DNA of 64,000 bases, from the NCBI RefSeq assembly GCF_006345805.1, contig NC_043000.1, positions 4,464,001-4,528,000 of the forward strand. Reading direction: 5' to 3'. The stretch is from Octopus sinensis (lineage: Eukaryota). The position numbers were made by a program, and so were the translations under genes. The notes under the pieces were generated by a model. It ran no database searches, was not told the origin of the DNA, and saw only the letters and a list, made by a program, of their open reading frames with translations. This document shows positions 1 through 12,319 of this stretch, in pieces (positions within the stretch are counted from its first letter, which is position 1; each line of letters begins with the position of its first letter).

Positions 1-720
1 ACATAAGAGGTTCAGCAATATCAATGGAAGGCTAACTCGGAAGATACTTTTTGTGTGTGGTAAATGCACAGGAGCAATAAACATTGAAAGTGTGCAGAGA
101 ACAGCTTCCATCACATTCCAGGGGGAAAAGCTACAAGTAGTTGATAGTTTCCGTTACCTAGGTGACCAAGTCAGTAGTTGGATGCTCTGAAAGTGAAATT
201 GCAAGAGTAAGGATAGCTTGGGCAAAATTCAAAGAGCTCCTACCTCTGCTGGTGACAAAGGGCATCTTGCTCAGAGTAAACGGTAGAGTGTATGACGCAT
301 GTGTGCAAACAGCCATGCTACATGGCAGTGAAACATGGGTCGTGACTGCCGAGGACATGTGTAAGCTTGCAAGGAATGAAGCCAGTATATGCCACTGGAT
401 GTGTTAATGTCAGTGTGCATACTCAACAGAGTGTAAGCACCCTGAGAGAAAAGTTGGACTTAAGAAACATCAGATGTGTATGCAAGAGAGACAACTGCAC
501 TGGTATGGTCATGTATTGCGAATGGATGAGGTAGACCCAGGAAGATCTGGGATGAGGTGGTGAAGCACGATTTTTGAAAATTGGGCCTCACCAAGGCAAT
601 GACCAGTGACCGAGACCTTTGGAGACATACTGTGCTTGAGAAGACCTGGCAAGCCAAGTGAGACCATAACTGTGGCCTATGCCAGTGCTGTGTGATTAGC
701 CCATTTAAGAGTACACTTCA
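1..720 (+). mobile_element. RTE-clade LINE, decayed 3' end of ORF2
   Basis: ORF 162-407 (ARVRIAWAKFKELLPLL...VYDACVQTAMLHGSETW...CHWMC) and downstream RKTWDEVVKHD-like sequence match the RTE ORF2 C-terminus; stops and frameshifts present. Confidence 0.85.
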
Positions 721-1116
721 ATCATTGGACAATAAACTACACTTGTGAAGACCTGTTGAGGCAAGTGAAATCACTATCGTGGCCAACGACAGTACCGCTT
801 GATTGGCACTCATGCCAGTGGCACGTAAAAAGCACCATTTGAGCGTGGTCATTGCCAGTGCCACCTAACTGGCTCCTGTGCAGGTGGCATGTAAAAAGCA
901 CCATTTGAGCATGGCTGATACCAGTACCGCCTGACTGGCCCTCATGCCAGTGGCACGTAAAAGCACCCACTACACTCTAAGAGTGGTTGGCATTAGGAAG
1001 GGCATCCAGCTGTAGAAACTTTGCCAGATCAGATTGGAGCCTGGTGCAGCCTGCTGGCTCGCCAGCCCTCAGTCAAACCACCCAACCCATGGCAGCATGG
1101 AAAGCAGACATTAAAA

Positions 1117-1149
<33 letters not shown>

Positions 1150-1160
1150 AATGATGATAA
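721..1160 (+). mobile_element. RTE 3' UTR ending in (GAT)n tail
   Basis: Contiguous with the ORF2 remnant; the GGTTGGCATTAGGAAGGGCATCCAGC...(GAT)n tail recurs many times in the window. Confidence 0.8.
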
Positions 1161-1288
1161 TATATACAAGTATAGTGGATAGAATGGAAAAAGTTCAGAT
1201 CAGGCAGACTACTATTAAGACATACATATACAGGTTAAGTTAGCCTCAGGTTTGACTTGAGCACTTCTATGCTATGTGTTTCATAAGA

Positions 1289-1618
<330 letters not shown>

Positions 1619-2168
1619 GTTTCTTTATTAGCCACACAGGGCTGCACACAGATAGAACAAATTACAAGGTAGAGCTTTCTTTTGAAGGTTTAAAAAAAAA
1701 AAAAAAAAGGAAGGGGAGTTTCGATCAAAAGGATCGTAAAAGGAGAGAAAGAGGACAAAAAAAAGGGGGTTAAAAAAAAAAAAAAAAAAGGGGGAGAGGA
1801 AAAAAAATTGATCAATAGGGATCGTTATCACAGAAATGTCAATATGAAGTGTAAAGGGGAGGACAGGTGAGGTTTACCCGTGGAAAGAAAAGCCTACGGA
1901 AAAGACCACGGTAACCTCGGTCAATGAAGTCACATTTTATATTTCTTTTTTTTTTTTTTTTTTTTTTTGCAAATAAGCAACTCTCTGTTTTCGATTTCTG
2001 GGTTCATAGGACTATGCTCAAGGTGGCTTCGTCATTCATACGTGCCATTCTTGCTACATTCACCCATCTTTTTTTAAAACATTCGCTAGACAAAACTTGC
2101 CTCTCTACTCTCACTTTCCTTTTCAAGTGGTACTTGAAGAAGTTGATGAGAGATTGACCAGAGAGGAA
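1619..2168 (-). mobile_element. L1/Tx1-like LINE 3' end embedded in (TAGA)n
   Basis: Minus-strand [35 protein letters not shown]...* resembles the L1/Tx1 ORF2 C-terminus; followed by a T-rich UTR and AATAAA; (TAGA)n on both flanks. Confidence 0.55.
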
Positions 2169-2213
2169 AGATAGATAGATAGATAGATAGAGATAGATAG
2201 ATAGATAGGTAGG

Positions 2214-2290
<77 letters not shown>

Positions 2291-2360
2291 GGACAGATAG
2301 ATAGACAGACAGAAAACAGACATACTGAAAGACAGACTGACAGACAGACAGACAGATAGG

Positions 2361-2415
<55 letters not shown>

Positions 2416-2650
2416 GCAGACAGACAAACAGACAGGCAAGCAGACATATAGACAGACACACAGACAGACACACAGACAGACACACAGACAGACAGACATA
2501 GTGAAAGACAGACTGACAGACAGATAGGCAGATAGACAGATAGGTATATACATGCACATACACACATGCAGGCACATATATGATTATGTATATATATGTA
2601 GTGTGTTAGTAAATATATATATATGTACAGACATGTATGTAAGTATATAT
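2169..2650. repeat. (TAGA)n/(CAGA)n microsatellite
   Basis: Direct reading. Confidence 0.95.
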
Positions 2651-3225
2651 AAACTAAATCAAAAACCAAAGTGTCTTTTTGTCCGTGTGTGGTTCCAGTT
2701 TTATATGAAAGGTATCTAACTAATTGAATCAAATTGTTACCTTGTAATTCTACTTAAATCATTTTATCTAACCATTTTGCTCAGTCATTCCATTATCTCT
2801 GACAAATACTGATTTATTATACATTCTCGAAACAGGAGCCAGAAGCAATACAATAAACAAGAGGCAGCGAGGTAATATTTTTATGGCCTTTTCTATGAAA
2901 CGTGGCAATTTTGGGAAATGTTAGATATTCCAGAAGCTAGTGCTGAAACAAATCTAATATTGTCAGAAATGTTTAGTTATTGAGACAGTAAGAATAATGA
3001 AAGAAATCTTGAAAAAAAAGGGCAAACCGAAGCCTTGTGGGTGGATTTGGAAGATAGAAACTAAAAGAACCCTGCCGTGTGTGTGTACATGCGTGCATGC
3101 ATGTGTGTGTATATGTATGTATATATATAGATAGAGAGATAAATATATGTATGTATGTATGTATTTTTTTTAATACAAATAAATGAAAGAATGGAGTTGA
3201 ACGACGATTTAACAAAATTCCTTTA

Positions 3226-3308
3226 TTCTCAACATATGTTTCGAAGACTGCATATTCCTAATTTCGAAGGAATAAGGGGTGCATTATGCCACCTTCTCAT
3301 CAGGAAAA
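3226..3308 (-). ncRNA. Minimal type-I hammerhead ribozyme motif (PLE-type)
   Basis: Minus strand: TTTTC-CTGATGA-GAAGG-[44 nt]-TCTTC-GAAA-C-ATAT-G-TT-GAGAA; intact core, helices I and II pair, palindromic helix III loop. Confidence 0.7.
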
Positions 3309-3963
3309 ACAAGGAACTTATGTCAGCATCAAGATGAACAAAAACTCTTAGATGCCTGCCCACACGGAGTCCATAGCAATAATGAGTGTTTCTTTAAAAT
3401 ATTCCATTATCAGTCAAAAATGGTTGAATGTAGAAGATTCTAGAAGGTTCAAGAGTTCAAACAAGGTTGGAGGGGAGAGATCTAAGAATAGGAAGGTGAC
3501 AGGGTGCAAGTCATATGAATGGTGATGTGTTGTTTGCTTTTGCGATTGAGTGCCTATGTGTGTGTGTATGTATATAACTGCATTCGTGTCTATGTGTGTG
3601 TATGTGTGTGCGTGATTGTGTGTGTGGTTGGGTAGATGCCAAAAACAAACAGTGGTGAAGTGACAGGTTTGTGCCTGTGTGTTTGATTGTGCTTACGATA
3701 GAGAGAGGGAGAGAGAGAGAGAGGAGGGCGAGGTAGAGAGACAAAGGTAAAACATACCTCAACGAATTTGGTAGTAGTCCTTTATGAGTATAAAAATTTG
3801 TCTATGGTGGTGTTGTATAAATAGAACCGTATGTATGTATGTATGTACGTATGTATGTATATATATACTTTAAATAAAACCCTTGATTCAATAACACTGT
3901 ATAAACTCTATACATGGAATGACCAATTTTAAATACTATTGGATTTTATTCATAAGGTATTGG

Positions 3964-4010
<47 letters not shown>

Positions 4011-4136
4011 ATTCTGCCTAAATAATAGATCTACAAATACAATATCCTGCATATCACACATCTATTTTCCTTCTCCCACCTCACTCTCTATTTCGTATCT
4101 TATCTAAATTAACTATTGCTTAACCATCTTCTCACA

Positions 4137-4187
4137 CCATCTCCAATGAAGGGATATAATAAATATCCTAGAAACAGCTGTAAGGCC
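4137..4187 (+). ncRNA. Degenerate minimal hammerhead motif in a PLE-like fragment
   Basis: CCAATGA (core mutated from CTGATGA), GGATAT/ATATCC stem, GAAAC-AGCT-GTA. Confidence 0.5.
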
Positions 4188-4350
4188 TTCTATTTATAAA
4201 TGTTCTAAAATCTACACAGCATTAGTTTTTTATCTCATTTCAGGGAAAAAAAATTGTACATATATATATATATATATATATATGTAGGTCCCGGGTTGAT
4301 CCGGGGTTAACCACATAAGTAAGGTACTCAATACATAGCAGAGTAAATTA

Positions 4351-4437
4351 ATTTATTATATAGAAGGAGCTTCTACAGGACTAGTACTGTCCTGTAGAAG
4401 CTCCTAGTACTAGTCCTGTAGAAGCTCCTTCTATATA

Positions 4438-4443
<6 letters not shown>
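4351..4443. repeat. 38-bp perfect inverted repeat with a 17-bp spacer copied from one arm
   Basis: ATTTATTATATAGAAGGAGCTTCTACAGGACTAGTACT and its reverse complement. Confidence 0.9.
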
Positions 4444-4482
<39 letters not shown>

Positions 4483-4528
4483 TATACATACATACATATA
4501 CATACACATATATATATATATATGTATG

Positions 4529-4565
<37 letters not shown>

Positions 4566-4589
4566 ATATATATTATATATGTGTGTGTG

Positions 4590-4745
4590 TATCATCATCA
4601 TCATCCTTGCTTAACGTCTGTTTTCCATGCTGGCATGGGTTGGATGTTTTAACTGAGGATTGGCAAGCCAGGAGGCTGCACCAGGTTCCAGTCTGATCTG
4701 GCAAGGTTTCTACAGCTGGATGCCCTTCCTAATGCCAACCACTCC
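4590..4745 (-). mobile_element. RTE 3' tail fragment
   Basis: (ATC)n followed by the reverse complement of the RTE tail. Confidence 0.75.
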
Positions 4746-4796
4746 AAGAGTGTGTGTGCGTGTATGTATATATGTAAAATATGTATGTATGTGTTT

Positions 4797-5015
4797 GTAT
4801 ATGTTTGTGTGTCTGTGTTTGTCCCCAAACATCGCTTGACAACTGATGATGGTGTGTTTACATCTCCGTAACTTAGCGGTTCAGCAGAAGAGACCAATAG
4901 AATAAGTACTAGGCTTACAAAGAATAAGTCCTGGGGTCGATTTGCTCGACTAAAGGTGGTGCTCCAGCATGGCCACAGTTAAATGACTGAAACAAGTAAA
5001 AGAATAAAAGAGTAT
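4797..5015 (+). mobile_element. tRNA-derived SINE family A, 3' half
   Basis: Same tail as the full copies at 57416 and 59473. Confidence 0.85.
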
Positions 5016-5821
5016 AGAAAATAACCATTGATGATAAATGGAATTTTAGTTTCCCCTAGGGAAAAAAACCAGATTACATGTATCTCATTTAAAGACTGAA
5101 GATCTAGAAAGTTGAAAAAAAATTAGTAGCAAATATTCAGTCTTAGAAAATGTATGCAACATTCTTGACTAGATGATTATTCTAGCATATTTTCCCAATA
5201 TAAGATTATTTGAAAAAAATATAGTAAACTATAAACCAAGCTCTAAATACAAAATTGAGACCAAACATATCCTTTGATTATTTTTCAGGTGATGCTAGTA
5301 GAGAGATTGGTGATGTTAAGCAAATTGTAAAACATTTTAATAGAAATTTCTTAAGTATAGGTCACACTTTCATAAACATACTCAATTTTTTTTTATCAAA
5401 CGTCTATTGGTAATCTTTAACTTATAAGCATATTCCAGTAGAGGAAGCCACAAAAATTACATTGACAAGTACAGAATTTAGTGCCTTAGATATCACACCT
5501 GTTTTTAGAAAAATGTTGGTAGTTGGTTCTAAATATGTTGAGTTTTTCACCTTTGGCTTCAGCTATTGAGATATGCTATTACCTTAATTGCTATGCATAC
5601 AACCAATCGGGCATGAGAATTGATGACTACTAGTAATTTGTTGCTTTTGAATAAAAGAAAAAAGTTGCTTCATACTAGAAGAATATGTACATTTATGGTT
5701 AAATTACATCCATAGAATGGGATAATATTAAAACAAGCATAGAAAGTTATCATTGATACAATGTTCATTTACCCAGACATCTCACAAATGCAACATTTCA
5801 AAGACTTCTTGTGGTGACAGT

Positions 5822-7588
5822 CACATTGAATGATCAAGCCCACGAAATTTTTTTTTCATACTTAGTACCAATATAATCATAATATGAAAGGTATTTATAG
5901 AAAATTCGATAAAAATTACCCGTTTTTCTGAAGTTATGAGTAAGGAAAGCCGTCTCGTGTGTTTTTTCCAAAGCTTCTCACCCAACCTCCAGAAACATTT
6001 TTTTCACCACATCAATATAATCGGAATCTACACCATTTGAAGTATATTTATAGAAAACTAGCAGTGTCGCCCGGCGTTGCTCGGTTTGTTTCGACCCTTT
6101 AGAATTGGAATTTTTGAAAAGTAAAAACTTTGCATTATGTAGCTTTTTATTCTTTTAAGTGAACATTTTTCTGGTTGAAATACACTGAAAAATGGTGACA
6201 CAGCAGTCAAAAAATGGTAAAAAATAGGGATTTTCATAGAAAAAAAAGTCCCTTTTTTATGTAAAAAATTTTTGGTGTTAACGTGGTCCGATTTGAATTT
6301 TTTCTTCTACGGAAGGAAGAGCAAGACTTCTATCATACTCTCAATTTTGGTCAACTTGCGCTGCAGGGTCTCGGAGAAGATAGTGTTAGTTGAAGGCTAC
6401 CAAACCTGCCATACACAGACAACTTCAGCTTTATACATATAGAGATTTCATACAAAAATATCCATTTTCTGGAAGTTATGAGGCAACAAATTCGGGGAGT
6501 GCATACATGCAGGAATACCTAATCTGCCATCATATGGTTATCTCAGTGTTCCTAGTTCTTAAATCTTGTTCATCACTTAGATCACCAAGGATGTCTGGGA
6601 AATGACCCAAGAGGCTGTGGAGGTAATGCAAACTGATGCTCACATTATAGTCAAGTTGACAGCAAGGCAAGAGCATTTTCTCCACTAGCTCAGAGTAGCT
6701 GATGGCTTCATGGCTCTCAAGAAAATTTCTTGCAGCCAAAGTGAATGAAGACTGTGCATCTGCTTCAACATTGTTCATTGAACTTTGGAAATGTTTGTCT
6801 TTCAGGAGTTCCTGATTTGTGGCCCATCAAAGACGCCTGCCTTCAGTTTTTTCATGCACAACACTGGAAATTTTCTGCATATGTATCAAAGCAGTCCCCT
6901 TCTTTGTTCTAATCCTTCATAAATTCTTTGATTAAACCTTGTTTGATTGTGCAGTGGTAGTAAAATGATCTTATCTCTGTCAACAAAGGGTTCTGAAATT
7001 AGATTCTTTTCTCCAATGACCATGTTTTCTCTTAGAGGCTGTTGTTTTCTAACCCAGTGCTCGTCCTTAGACCTACTAACCTAGAGACAGAAACAATAGG
7101 GATACTTGGTGTATCCACTCTACTAACCCAAGAGAAAATTCATTGTTTTAAGATCCACATAGATATGGTATGGCATCATCTGTAAGACCAAAATAATTGT
7201 TTCCTACTGCTTGGTCACCTTAACTGAGTGACCAGTTGGGATGGATTCACATTTGTCTCTATTGTGTAGAAGCACACCTTTTAAGCTCTGCTTAGATCTC
7301 TCTATGAGCAACTGCCATTCACTCAGAACATATTTTGATATACCCACTTTCATCAGCAAGCCTTGAACGTCATTACAAAAATCAAAATCATTTTCTTCTG
7401 AGAAGAAGGGCAGTAGATCCATTTCTCTATTGTGATAGCATGTGATATATTGATAAATGCATTATCTCCTAAACTAAACCTGTTAGAAACAAATAAAGGT
7501 AATTTTCTTATTCGGTAGCATGAATATACCTAGAATCAGTTCTAAAATTTGTGGCACAAATTTTTTTTTTTAATTTGTTCCCCAGAGT
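5822..7588 (-). mobile_element. Internally deleted CMC-group (Chapaev3-like) DNA transposon; transposase pseudogene ~6480-7440
   Basis: Minus-strand peptides EWQLLIERSKQSLKGVLLHN, GYTKYP, KAGVFDGPQIRKLLKD, SLHYLHSLLGHFPDILGDLSDEQ (H-x3-4-H motif then catalytic E region); subterminal repeats at 5890-6050 and 6446-6480. Superfamily name is from memory; ends approximate. Confidence 0.7.
6058..6445 (-). mobile_element. Non-autonomous Helitron (388 bp)
   Basis: Minus strand starts TC and ends CTAG; GC hairpin at 6069-6085; lies between A and T; no TSD. Confidence 0.85.
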
Positions 7589-8008
7589 AATTAATGATTT
7601 GAAATTTGTGCTTATGACATTATCTCTATTTGTTTTCTCCCATCCCTGAAAGGTATAAACAGCTAAATATCTTTGTTTACTAATTAATTAATCTTTCAGA
7701 ATTTGTGCTTTTATGACTCATTAAAAATTGCTAAAGTTATTAGCATTTTCAAAAAGAAAACAAAAATATTTTAAAAGGTTTTGTTTTGTCTTTCTTAAAC
7801 TCTATTTTTTCATCAAAGATAACTTACGTGTAAAATGCCTCTATGGTTGATACAGAAATTATTGCACACAATATATCACCACAGAGTTGATATTAAAGAC
7901 CTCTATCAGTTAAAACTGACTATACAGTCACACATATATGCATAAGCCTGGGCAAGATACTTGAGGAAGACTGGCAGATGCCCATAAATGCAAGTCTCAC
8001 TTCGCCAC

Positions 8009-8090
8009 AACACCAAGATAAAGGGTGGTGGTTTGAACCAATACAGCTTCCAATCTTAATAAGCTTCTTAAGCTTACAGCTGTGCCTGCA
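8009..8090 (-). CDS. Possible coding exon (GAGTAVSLRSLLRLEAVLVQTTTLYLGVVA)
   Basis: aaacag|GT acceptor, AA|GTGAGA donor, open frame; phase does not join the 9.8-kb exon directly; coordinates approximate. Confidence 0.2.
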
Positions 8091-8231
8091 CCTGTTTATA
8101 TTATATATATTGAAACAAATCACTGTTTAATATACCAGTAATTTATTGGTGTATCTTCTGTATTTCCTTGTAAATCCTTTCCATTTAGTTTGGAAAAACA
8201 AATCTTGTAATTCCATCAACAATCATTCACA

Positions 8232-8530
8232 TTGTCTTATCAACTGATGGTGGAAGCACATGGCCTAGTGGTTAGAGGTTACACTCACAATTGCAATATC
8301 ATGGTTTCAATTCCTGCATCAGCCAGTGTGTTGTATTCTTGAGCAAAACACTTTATTTGACTTTGCTCCAGTTCACTCAGCTGTAAATGAGTAACTCTGC
8401 GATGGTTTGGCATCATGGTCAGAGGAAATGTTGTGCTCTCACTAACCTATTTGCTATGGAAACCAGGTAATTGTCTCTATATGTCCTAGAACTTCAAGAT
8501 GCTAATGTCCTGGGGATTTACTATCAACCA
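8232..8530 (+). mobile_element. Old tRNA-derived SINE (CORE-like body)
   Basis: A box GGCCTAGTGGTTAG, B box GGTTTCAATTCC, body TTCTTGAGCAAAACACTTT...CAGCTGTAAATGAGTA. Confidence 0.65.
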
Positions 8531-8659
8531 TTAAGCTAATTATTACTGATCATTTGTTATTATCATTTTAAAATAAAGCAAAAATAATGGGATTAATGGT
8601 GTCTTACTGACATCATCATCATCAGATTTAAAATTTTGATACTTATCTCCAGGTTTGTT

Positions 8660-8968
8660 GTGGTGGTGCAATGGCCCATTGGTTAGGGCAGCGGACTTGC
8701 AGTTGTAGGATCGCGGTTTTGATTCCCAGACCGGGCGTTGTGAGTGTTTATTGAGCGAAAACACCTAAAGCTCCACGAGTCTCCGGTAGTGGGTGGTGAT
8801 CCCTGCTGTACTCTTTCGCCACAACTTACTCTCACTCTTTCTTCTGTTGGCCTGCTCACTTAGCCAGCAGGGTGGCGTCGTTTGAAGGCTAAAACAATGC
8901 GAAGCGCATTGTGACCAGCGATGTGTAGCAACATCTGATAGCCTGGTCAGTCACGTGATCACGTGATC
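8660..8968 (+). mobile_element. tRNA-derived SINE family C with (CACGTGAT)n tail
   Basis: A/B-box head; a reverse-strand body fragment also occurs at 25935-26075. Confidence 0.7.
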
Positions 8969-9131
8969 TCCAAGTTACTTTCACCAATCAGTGATCAATA
9001 ACTGTTCTTAGTTTATTATTTGGGTTCAGTATTAATTAGATAATTGTTACTCTGCAGCTTCTGTTACTAATCATTTGATTATTTTCTGAAATTCTATATA
9101 AGGTTGCACAAGAAGGAACCGTTCTTCAATA

Positions 9132-9412
9132 TCTATAAAGCTGAAATGTAAAAACGTTGTTTGATTTCTTGGTTATTTGTCTCATTTTGGGAAGGGAATG
9201 GTTTATGGGGCAGTAGATGGGGTGGGGGTAAAATGGGGTGGGCAATGGTGTGAGGAGGGTTGCAAATCATTCAGGGCAACCGTTTGGTTGCCATGGTGAA
9301 GAATATGGGAAAGGCAAAGAAGATGAACAAAAAAAGAAAGGGAAAAGGAGACAACACACACAAAACAACAACACCACCAAAACCCGAGCGAAACCCGGGT
9401 CAAAATAGCTAG
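9132..9412 (+). mobile_element. Non-autonomous Helitron (281 bp)
   Basis: A|TCTATAAAGCTGAA start, hairpin ACCCG...CGGGT at 9382-9400, CTAG|T end; 5' motif AAAGCTGAA shared with the 6058 element. Confidence 0.8.
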
Positions 9413-9763
9413 TCTATAATATATAAGAGAATTTATGCCAGCATACATCAATGCAGCAGTAAAGATTTATTTTGTTTCTAAGATTAAAAATATATATGTC
9501 TGAACTTTCCGAACTATAATTTCCTAAATAAATATACAAACTCACAAGTTTTCTAAAGACCAAGAGAAAATTATTAAACAATGTATATCAGAGAGAGACA
9601 CACACAATATATGTTCATCAGAATGTTTCTTGGAAATTTTTCAAGAAACTAACAGCATCAATGATTGGCAACATTTCCAACAAATATGTAGAGAGTCCTT
9701 TTCTGGTGTCTCCATAAAAACAAGCAATTAAAATAACATTATATGATGTGTACAAACTCACAA

Positions 9764-9858
9764 CAATAAAAGCAGCTTCTCTGCCAAGAAGCTTTCTTAA
9801 GAAAGCTTCTGCTGACCTATGCAACTGTGGTGCTCTCCTTTTACTCACTGAGGCATCT
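9764..9858 (-). CDS. Candidate coding exon (DASVSKRRAPQLHRSAEAFLRKLLGREAAFIV), unknown protein
   Basis: tgtatag| acceptor, GTT|GTGAGT donor, phase 1 to 0, joins the 15.2-kb exon in frame; coordinates +/- a few nt. Confidence 0.4.
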
Positions 9859-10020
9859 ATACACACAGACACAGCAGACAGAGTGGCCATCCCCATTTTA
9901 ATGGCATTTTATAATGGCTAAGGTGAGAACTAAGAAAACCATCTATGTTCAGTATATCCATGGAAACACTGGAAAAGCTAAGAGAAATGCATAGGAAAGC
10001 TGAAAAGAAAATTGCATACT

Positions 10021-10915
10021 CTTTTACTTGTTTCAGTCATTTGACTGTGGCCATGCTAGAGCACGACCTTTAGTCAAGCAAATCGATCCCAGGACTTATT
10101 CTTTGTAAGCCTAGTACTTATTCTATCGGTCTCTTTTGCCGAACCGCTAAGTTATGGGGACGTAAACACACCACCATCGGTTGTCAACCGATGTTGGGGG
10201 GACAAACATATACACAGACACATACATATATATATATATCATCATCATCATTTAACGTCCGCTTTCCATGCTAGCATGGGTTGGACGGTTCAACTGGGGT
10301 CTGGGGAGCCCGAAGGCTGCACCAGGCCAGTCAGATCTGGCAGTGTTTCTACAGCTGGATGCCCTTCCTAACGCCAACCACTCCTAGAGTGTAGTGGGTG
10401 ATTTTATGTGCCACCGACACAGGTGCCAGACGAGGCTGGCGAACGGCCACGCTCGGATGGTGTTTTTTATGTGCCACCGACACAGGTGCCAGACGAGGCT
10501 GGCAGACGGCCACGCTCGGATGGTGTTTTTATGTGCTGCCGACACAGGTGCCAGATGAGGCTGGCGAACGGCCACGTTCGGATGGTGTTTGTTACGTGCC
10601 CACAGCACGGAGGCCAGTCGATGCGGTACTGGCTACGGCCACGTTCGGATGGTTTTCTTGTGTGCCACCGGCACTGGTACCACAAAGATACAAATTCCAT
10701 TGATGTTCATCTATTTTGATTTGTTTTGATTTTCACTTGCCTCAACAGGTCTTCACAAGTGTCACAAGAAGGAAGGTATGCACAGGTGGACTGACTACGT
10801 CCCAGGTAGGGGCCACGGGTTATGGCCTGACTAGTCTTGCCGGGTCTTCGGATGGTGTTTTTATGTGCCACCGACACAGGTGCCAGATGAGGCTGGCGAA
10901 CGGCCACGATCGGAT

Positions 10916-10991
<76 letters not shown>

Positions 10992-11157
10992 TACGACAAG
11001 CTTCTTTCAGTTTCTGTCTACCAAATCCACTCACAAGGCTTTGGTCGGCCTGAGGCTATAGTAAAAGACACTTGCCCAAGGTGCCACGCAGTGGGACTGG
11101 ACCCAGAACCATGTGTTTGGTAAGCTAGCTACTTACCACACAGCCACTCCTGCGTCT
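10021..11157 (-). mobile_element. SINE family A interrupted by an RTE 3' fragment (~10238-10915, with ~62-bp internal tandem repeats)
   Basis: SINE tail 10021-10220, SINE head 10990-11157; the insert sits in the central (TA)n. Confidence 0.85.
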
Positions 11158-11619
11158 AGGAAACAATTCTTTCTTCAATGTAGTTCAAATTTTTTGAGAC
11201 CACACACATATATATAATCTATGTGGCAGATATATAAACAGGGTTAATTTGGTTATTTCTCTGTAAACAGAAAAAAACGGGGAATGGCCTAGATTGATTT
11301 TCAAAACTTATTGGACTCTCATCAGAGCTCCTTATCATGATTATCATTTAACGTCCATTTTTCTATGCTGGTATGGGTTGGATGTTAGTGTCCTGTATGC
11401 TATGTAACCACTGGAAGTGAGGTATCCCTTAGCTTTTGTTAAAGCATGCTTTTAGGAGAAGGCATTTCTGTTTCTACAGTTGCACTAAGGGTATAACTAG
11501 GTGAGCTGTCTGGTTGAATATGTGACATTTTGGCACAGCCATTTTGGCCTCACCTATTTTATACCACTGTGTGAATACTGATTTCTAAATGTTTTTTCTG
11601 TTTTAATTCTTCTCTTGTT

Positions 11620-11658
11620 CTCTTTATCTCTTTCTCTTTCTCCCTCTTTCTCTATCTC

Positions 11659-11703
<45 letters not shown>

Positions 11704-12014
11704 AACACATTTCTTTTTATGCATAACAAGAGAAAGAAAGTGTTTATGTTAATCAACTTCAATTAATAAATTGTAATGCCTCTCTTCCTCCCTCTCTCTC
11801 ACTTTCTCTCTCTCTCTCTCTCTCTCTTTCAGTCATCTTCAATTAATAAATTGTAATTATCTCTCCCTCCCTCCCTCTCTCACTCTTTCGAACTCTCTCT
11901 CTATCACTCTCTTTCAATCATCTTCAACTAATAAATTGTAATGTCTCTCTCCCTCCCTTTCTCTCTTTCAACCATCTTCAATTAATTAAATTGTAATCTC
12001 TCTCCCTCACCCCC

Positions 12015-12045
<31 letters not shown>

Positions 12046-12150
12046 CTCTCTCCCTCTTTCTCTCTTTCAATCATCTTGAACTAATAAATTGTAATGTCTC
12101 TCTCTTTCCCTCTCTCCTTCTCTCTCTCTCTCTCTCTCCCTCTTTCTCTA
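11620..12150. repeat. (CT)n-rich minisatellite, ~5 copies of ATCTTCAATTAATAAATTGTAAT
   Basis: Motif near 11757, 11835, 11915, 11970 and 12068, separated by CT tracts. Confidence 0.85.
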
Positions 12151-12319
12151 TGTTTCTGCATATTGAGTTTGGGCCCAGCAGCTTTTAGAAGGCACTCTGA
12201 CTAAGAAGGTCAACATAAAACAGAAACCTCACTGCTTGTGATTGTCTACAATAAACACTAAGGGAGTCCAACTCAAACTGAATTGATTTCAGATTTTAGC
12301 ACTATGCCAGTAATTTTAG

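Noticed and set aside
8660-8740. tRNA genes here and at other A/B-box heads
   Set aside because: No complete cloverleaf; each continues into a SINE body
8952-8968. Tandem CACGTG E-boxes as an enhancer
   Set aside because: They are the simple-repeat tail of a SINE
11290-11330. Minus-strand CTGATGA...GAAA hammerhead
   Set aside because: No helix II or III pairing
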